Made by a program: the position numbers and the translations under genes
The notes under the pieces: generated by a model
What the model was told of the DNA's origin: nothing
What the model saw: the letters and a program-made list of their open reading frames with translations, nothing else
Database searches by the model: none
Shown: piece by piece, positions 58,827-64,000 of the stretch
Position numbering within the stretch: the first letter of the stretch is position 1
How the letters are laid out: every line of letters starts with the position of its first letter
Assembly: GCF_016433145.1 (NCBI RefSeq)
Contig: NC_058135.1
Span: 175,281,152-175,345,151, forward strand
DNA length: 64,000 bases
Source of the DNA: Gracilinanus agilis
Lineage: Eukaryota
Direction of reading: 5' to 3'

Positions 58827-61800
58827 TATTAAAGAGTCATAGCATTGAGGTAAAGTGATTTGCTCAGGATCACATGGAAAGTCTGTGTTAGAAGCAGAAC
58901 TGGAACTTCAGTTTGTAGGGGCAGCCGGATCACTCACGGAATAGGGAACCAGACCTAGAGAGAGGAGGTCCTGAGTTCAAATTGGATCCCAGACATGTCC
59001 TAGCTATGTGACCTTGGGTAAGTCATTTACCCCCAGTTTCCTAGCCCTCATCACTCCTTGGAACAAATACATAGCATTGATTCTAAGCCCGACGGTAAGG
59101 ATTTTTTTTTAAAAAACCACTCAAGTTTGCCTCTTGCACCACCTATTTTGCCATAATGCCTTTTGTGATGAGGAAACTACTCTGTAAAGGTGAGTTCTAT
59201 TTCAGCTTTTCAATTTTGTTGCTGAATATTGAAGAGTTCCAGAAACTATTTTTAATTATAAAGTAATGTTGTTTTATTTCTAGGTATCTATACGCATATG
59301 TATGTCAAACTTTTTTTAAAGTTATAAACCGTACTAACCTCTAGCTTATTCCAGTTGTCCACACTGGTCTTGTATTTTCATAGTGAATATCTGTATTTTA
59401 AGGTCTTATCCATTACACATGGAAAATCCTGGCTCTGAGAGTTCTCTGAATAATTCCTTATAGCTCTAAAATTAGCCACTAGGCTAAACACTTGTTCCCA
59501 AGAAGACAGAATGTCTCACTAGCCTGTGAGGTTTCTTTTTAAAAAATGAGTAACTGGATAGGGGGGTATCTGAGTGGCTCAGTGGATAGAGAGGATCAGG
59601 CCTAGAGATGGGAAGTCCTGGGTTCAAATCTGGCCTCAGACACTTCCTAGCTAGGTGACCCTGGACAAGTCACTTAACCCCCATTGCCTGGGCCCTTACC
59701 GCTTTTCTGCCTTGGAACCGATATCTAGTATTGATCCCAAGACGGAAAGTAAGGTTTTTTAAAAAGGGGGAGAGGGAAAAGTAAGCATGAGAGGCAATAG
59801 ACTACAAAAGGAAAAAACAACAAAACACTAGACCAAGAGCTAATGAACCCTAACTCTTATTGTCCAGGTGACTTGAGGCAAGTGGTCTAATTTCAGACTC
59901 CGTTTCCTTATCTCTAAAATGAGGAGGCTGGTCTAGATAAGCTCTAAGGCCCTTCTTTACTCTAAATCTGTGTGATCCTTCTTTGTATGGCTTCAAAAAA
60001 AAAGGAGATAAATGTCCCATCTTTTCCCCAGCTTTTGTGGTTCTTTCCAGGCTCAACTTTCTAATGAGAAAAAAAAGAACCAAAACATTTTCTAACAACC
60101 TACCAAGTAATCTAATAACTAATAGCTGCTGGTGGGTGATTAGCCATGCACGTGGTACTGATAAAAAAGATCTCGTGATCATAGATTTAAACTTGGTGGG
60201 GGGGACACGTCAAACGAGATGTCCTCTAAAGGTGTTTTTCAAAGAGGAGCAAATAGGCAGAAGTTAAAGGTCCTTAAAGATCCTCCCTTCTGATTTGGCC
60301 TTTCTTGCTTACTGATAGCTAAAAATTTAGTCAGAGGAAATTATTGTAATTTTGTAAATTGTACAAAATTGTAAATTGCAAAAATTGCTGAACCCATTTA
60401 ATGTGGCAGAGCCCCAGAGCTGTAGAGTTATTGGGCTTTTGGGTCTCCAACAGAGGCTTGGATATGATCTAATTAGCCCTTTGGAGCCTGGGAGCCTCTG
60501 AAAAGAGGAGCCCCCCTCAGGGTGGAGGCAGAAGATAAATGGGTTGAAGATCCAGTTCATACCGAGCTTCACTCAGGCATGAAGGACATGACATCCCTCT
60601 GGACACAAATGAGGATAACTAAAGCGGGCCCTGGGGTCAAACCCTGAAGTAGCTCCATTTGGCATCCAAGCTCTGACCTCCTCTTTCTTCTATATGTGTC
60701 TTCTTCCCCCTGGAGCCAAGAGGTCTCCTAACCTAATAATGATCATAGCTGGCATTTATCCAGGTTTTAGGGTTTGCAAGGCACTTCACGTTTTCACGTT
60801 GCACTATCACGGTAGCCTGCCTATCTATCCCAACTAGCTGCAGTTATTGGACTCATTTTATAAAAGAGGAATCCTCTGAGGCTCAAGGAGCGTCTTACCC
60901 AAGGTCACACAGCTTCTAGGTGAGTATCTGTGGCAGGATTTGAAACCAAGCCTTTCTGACTCTCACTCTGGCATCTGATTCACTATAATCTCCACTCTCA
61001 ATCCATGCTAATAATTACATTTATCTGGGGCTTCCTAGTTTACAAAACCTTTTCACCTATACTATGCCATTTGATCTCAACAACCCTCAGAAGGCAATAT
61101 GGCGATCCTAGCTTCCCTTAAGACTTAGCTCCACATCCTTCTCTTCCCTTCCCCTCTCCGCCATCTTCACCCCCTATCTCTCACTGCTTTTCTTCTGAAT
61201 ATCTTGTATAAATATAATATGTTATATTTAATAATACAAATAAATATAATTCTATCATATATACATAAAAATTAATTTTATTTATTTATTTATTTGTTTG
61301 TTTGTTTGTTTGCAGATTGGCTTCCCCATTAGAATGTGAGTTTTTCAAGGACCTGGGGCCATATTTCTGCTTTTATTTGTATCCAATGCCTGACACATAG
61401 TAAGTGTGCTTCTTAAATGCTTCTTGACCAGTTGAAGGGCATTATCCATTTTACAGATGAAGAAACTGAGGCTAATGGAAAGTAAATGCTTGTATGAACC
61501 CTTTACTATGTATCAGATCAACCTTGTACATTTTATTTGGGCAGAAATCATAAACTGCATGCCATCTTGGTCATGTGAAACTGTCGTTGGATCACACCTT
61601 TAAAAAATTCTCGAGAAAATCGACTGCGGGGGGTGGATCCCCTTTGCAAAATTTATAATCTTTGTCAGAGTATTGGGCTCTCTCTTTTTAGGCAACAACA
61701 ATGCTCACAGAGAAAAGATATTTAATTAGAGTCGGTCATAACATTCAACCTCATTAAAACCTAGAGAGAATATATATCCAGAGCTGCTTCCTAGTCCCTT

Positions 61801-62459
61801 CGGCTTCATTCATTCAGCAAAGAATGACACGGTGACATATGGCCATTTGTCTAGGCAATATAGGATGTGGACAGGACCTGTGATTGCACTGTCTGAGGGA
61901 ACTTCCTGGACGAGGAAAACCTTTCTGCTTAAGCGGATGGACACTATCCCTGTTACTTAGGTTCGTAAGGACTTGCCAGGTGCTCTGGGAGGTGAAGCAA
62001 CTTGCCCAGAGTCACACAGCCAATACGTGCCAGAGGTGATGCTTGGACCTCAGTTTTCCTGGTTCCAGGGCTTCTTCTCTATCCCCTGTACCATGAAGCC
62101 TCTAATAGACAAGCAGGAAGATGACTACACACTGTTCTCCTTAACGGGAGGAAGATTTTGAGGCAGGAACTGCTTTTCTAAAAGGGGTAGGTGATGTCCC
62201 AACTGCACATGGCTAGCATAAGACTGAGGCAGAACTTGAACTTACTCCATGTAGGGTTTGTGCTTCAATAGGGTGACTGTGAAGGTCAAATGACATTGTT
62301 GATGTGAAAGGGCTTCATAACCTATCAAATACAGGCAGATGTAAGTAATAATTTGCACTGATGGTGGAGGTATCAGAGGAGATAAAGATGGATCAAGACC
62401 TGGCTCAGCCCTATACAACCACTTGGACAAGTACTCTCAGCCTCTTTTGAGAAGCTTCT

Positions 62460-62840
62460 CAGAGACCTTCCTCCTCTGTTTGGACATTCCATTCCTCAGC
62501 TCCAGACATTCTCTCTGGCCATCTCTGATGCCTGCAATGTTCTTCCTCTTCCACTCTGACTACCAACCTCCCTGACTTCACTGAAGTCCCCTCCCACTTA
62601 AATTCCACCTCCTACAAGAAGCCTTCCCTAACCACTTTTAATTTTAATGTGTTTTCTCTGTTTGTTATTTTCTATTTATCCTGCACTCAGCTTGCTTTGT
62701 ATATATTTGTTTGCATGTGGTGCCACTCCCCCCACCCCCATTGAATTGTAACCTTCTTGAGGACAGCAATAGTCTTTTGCCTCTTTTTGTACCCCCATGT
62801 ACCCTACTATGTGCCTGGCATATAATGGGTCCTTAGTAAA
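62460..62840 (+). mobile_element. L2 3' end
   Basis: ccatctctgatgcctgcaatgttcttcctctt...aagccttccc...ctactatgtgcctggcatataatgggt.cttagtaaatgttt. Confidence 0.7.
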
Positions 62841-62849
62841 TGTTTTTTT

Positions 62850-63420
62850 GAGACATTTAGGTGGCTCAGTGGGTAGAGAGTTGGGTCTAGAGTTAAGAAG
62901 ACTAGAGTTCAACTCTGGCCTCAGACACTTACCAGCTCTGTGAACCTGGGTAAGTCACTTAACCTCCATTTGTGTTATTCCTTGGAGAAAGAAATAGCTA
63001 ACCACTTCAGTATCTTTGCCATGAGCAACTAGGTGGCACAGTAGATAGACAGCCAGGCCTGGAGTCAGGAAGACTCATTTTTAAAAATTCAAATCTGGCC
63101 CCAAACACTTACTAATTTTGTGATCCTGGACAAATCATTTCATTCCACCTTAGTTTCCTCATCTGTATAATAAGTTAGAGAGGGAAATGGCAAACCACTC
63201 CAGTATCTCTGCCAAGAAAACCCTATGGAGGAGCAGCTAAGTGGCTCAGTGGATAGAGTGCCAGGTCTGGAATCAGGGGGGCCTGGTTTCAGGCACTTCC
63301 TAGCTGTGTGACCCTAGGCAAGTCACTTAACCCCAATTGCCTAGCCCTAACCAATCTTCTGCCTTGGAACCAATACTTGTATAGATTCTAAAACAAAAGG
63401 AAAAGGTTGAAAGAAAGCAA
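62850..63420 (+). mobile_element. Tandem cluster of three SINEs (two MAR1-type, one SINE1_Mdo-type); another MAR1-type copy at about 40245-40435
   Basis: Three consecutive taggtggc.cagt.gatagag heads; two end in ...aaccact.cagtatct.tgcca, the last in ccccaattgcctagccc...ttctaaaac. Confidence 0.8.
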
Positions 63421-63456
63421 GAAAACCCCTTGGGCAGTGGGTACTATAGTCTATAG

Positions 63457-63768
63457 CCATGATGGTGAACCTATGGCACACATGCCAAAGATTGCACACA
63501 GAGACCTCTCTGTGGGCACCCACATCTGGTCTGGCCTTGCCCCCCCCCCAATGCAGGGGGCAAGGCACTGGATCTCTGAGTCACCTCCCCACAGAGGCTT
63601 CCCCCACCTTCTCTGCTATGCTTGCTCTTCCCTTCCCACCCCCCATGCAAGGTGGCTAGGTACAGGGGTCTGGGTCCAATGCAGGGGAGTGGGGCACTGC
63701 ATGCAGTCTGGGAGGGTAGGGCATCAGTATGGGGTCCCTAAAAGGTTCCAAAAGGTTTGCCATCACTG
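63457..63768. mobile_element. 312-bp hAT-superfamily MITE
   Basis: TIR CCATGATGGTGAACCT / AGGTTTGCCATCACTG; 8-bp TSD GTCTATAG (63449-63456) / GTCTATGG (63769-63776). Confidence 0.85.
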
Positions 63769-64000
63769 GTCTATGGGATCTCCAAGAATTAGACATGACT
63801 AAACAACAATAAATGACTTTTTAATTGAATTGTGATGGCTCCTGGTATTTCTGTCCTTGAAATTCTTTATTTTAATCTCAGACAGCCTCCACATGGCTTC
63901 TGTTAACCTGCAAATGTTGAAGCAAAGGAAATGAGGTAATCTGATGAGATGGAAAGCCTGATCTCCCTTTTGTTTGCTGCTTATAAAATGAGGAAATTAG

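Noticed and set aside
1-64000. tRNA genes, CRISPR-like arrays, and the remaining 60-140 aa ORFs in the track
   Set aside because: The A/B-box-like motifs all belong to SINE heads without a cloverleaf. The recurring short direct repeats are TSDs, not regularly spaced arrays. The other short ORFs fall in repeats or low-complexity DNA and show no recognisable protein similarity or splice structure.

Overview
Marsupial genomic DNA, most likely the opossum Monodelphis domestica or a close didelphid. This is inferred from SINE1_Mdo-type and MAR1-type SINEs, marsupial L1/L2/L3 remnants and strong CpG depletion; no database was searched. The only gene I can support is RBM47 on the + strand. Its coding exons are 22150-23306 (ATG 22181, three RRMs), 24445-24651, 27591-27796 and 34155-34394 (TGA 34392-34394), giving 1779 nt / 592 aa. 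A 3' UTR of about 2.7-2.8 kb ends at AATAAA signals near 37.1 kb. Positions 1-22149 are upstream, presumably 5' UTR intron(s), and >37.3 kb is repeat-rich intergenic DNA. There is a 176-N gap (26000-26175) and a single-N join (56740) flanked by a probable false duplication. I found no convincing new multi-gene system. The most interesting sequence-level observations are: (1) a 4-codon uORF whose stop overlaps the RBM47 start (TAATG); (2) one target site hit twice by SINEs next to the main 3' splice site; (3) a 228-bp DNA-level copy of an already dead L1, pasted 3 kb away inside a nested transposon stack; (4) hAT MITEs with well-preserved ends, candidates for horizontally acquired families; (5) an antisense SINE plus clustered miR-25/92, miR-124 and miR-181 seed sites in the 3' UTR; (6) fossil coding stretches resembling hAT transposase and L1/HAL1 ORF1. 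Repeat boundaries are read by eye and approximate unless a TSD/TIR is quoted; repeat family names are from recall of consensus sequences.
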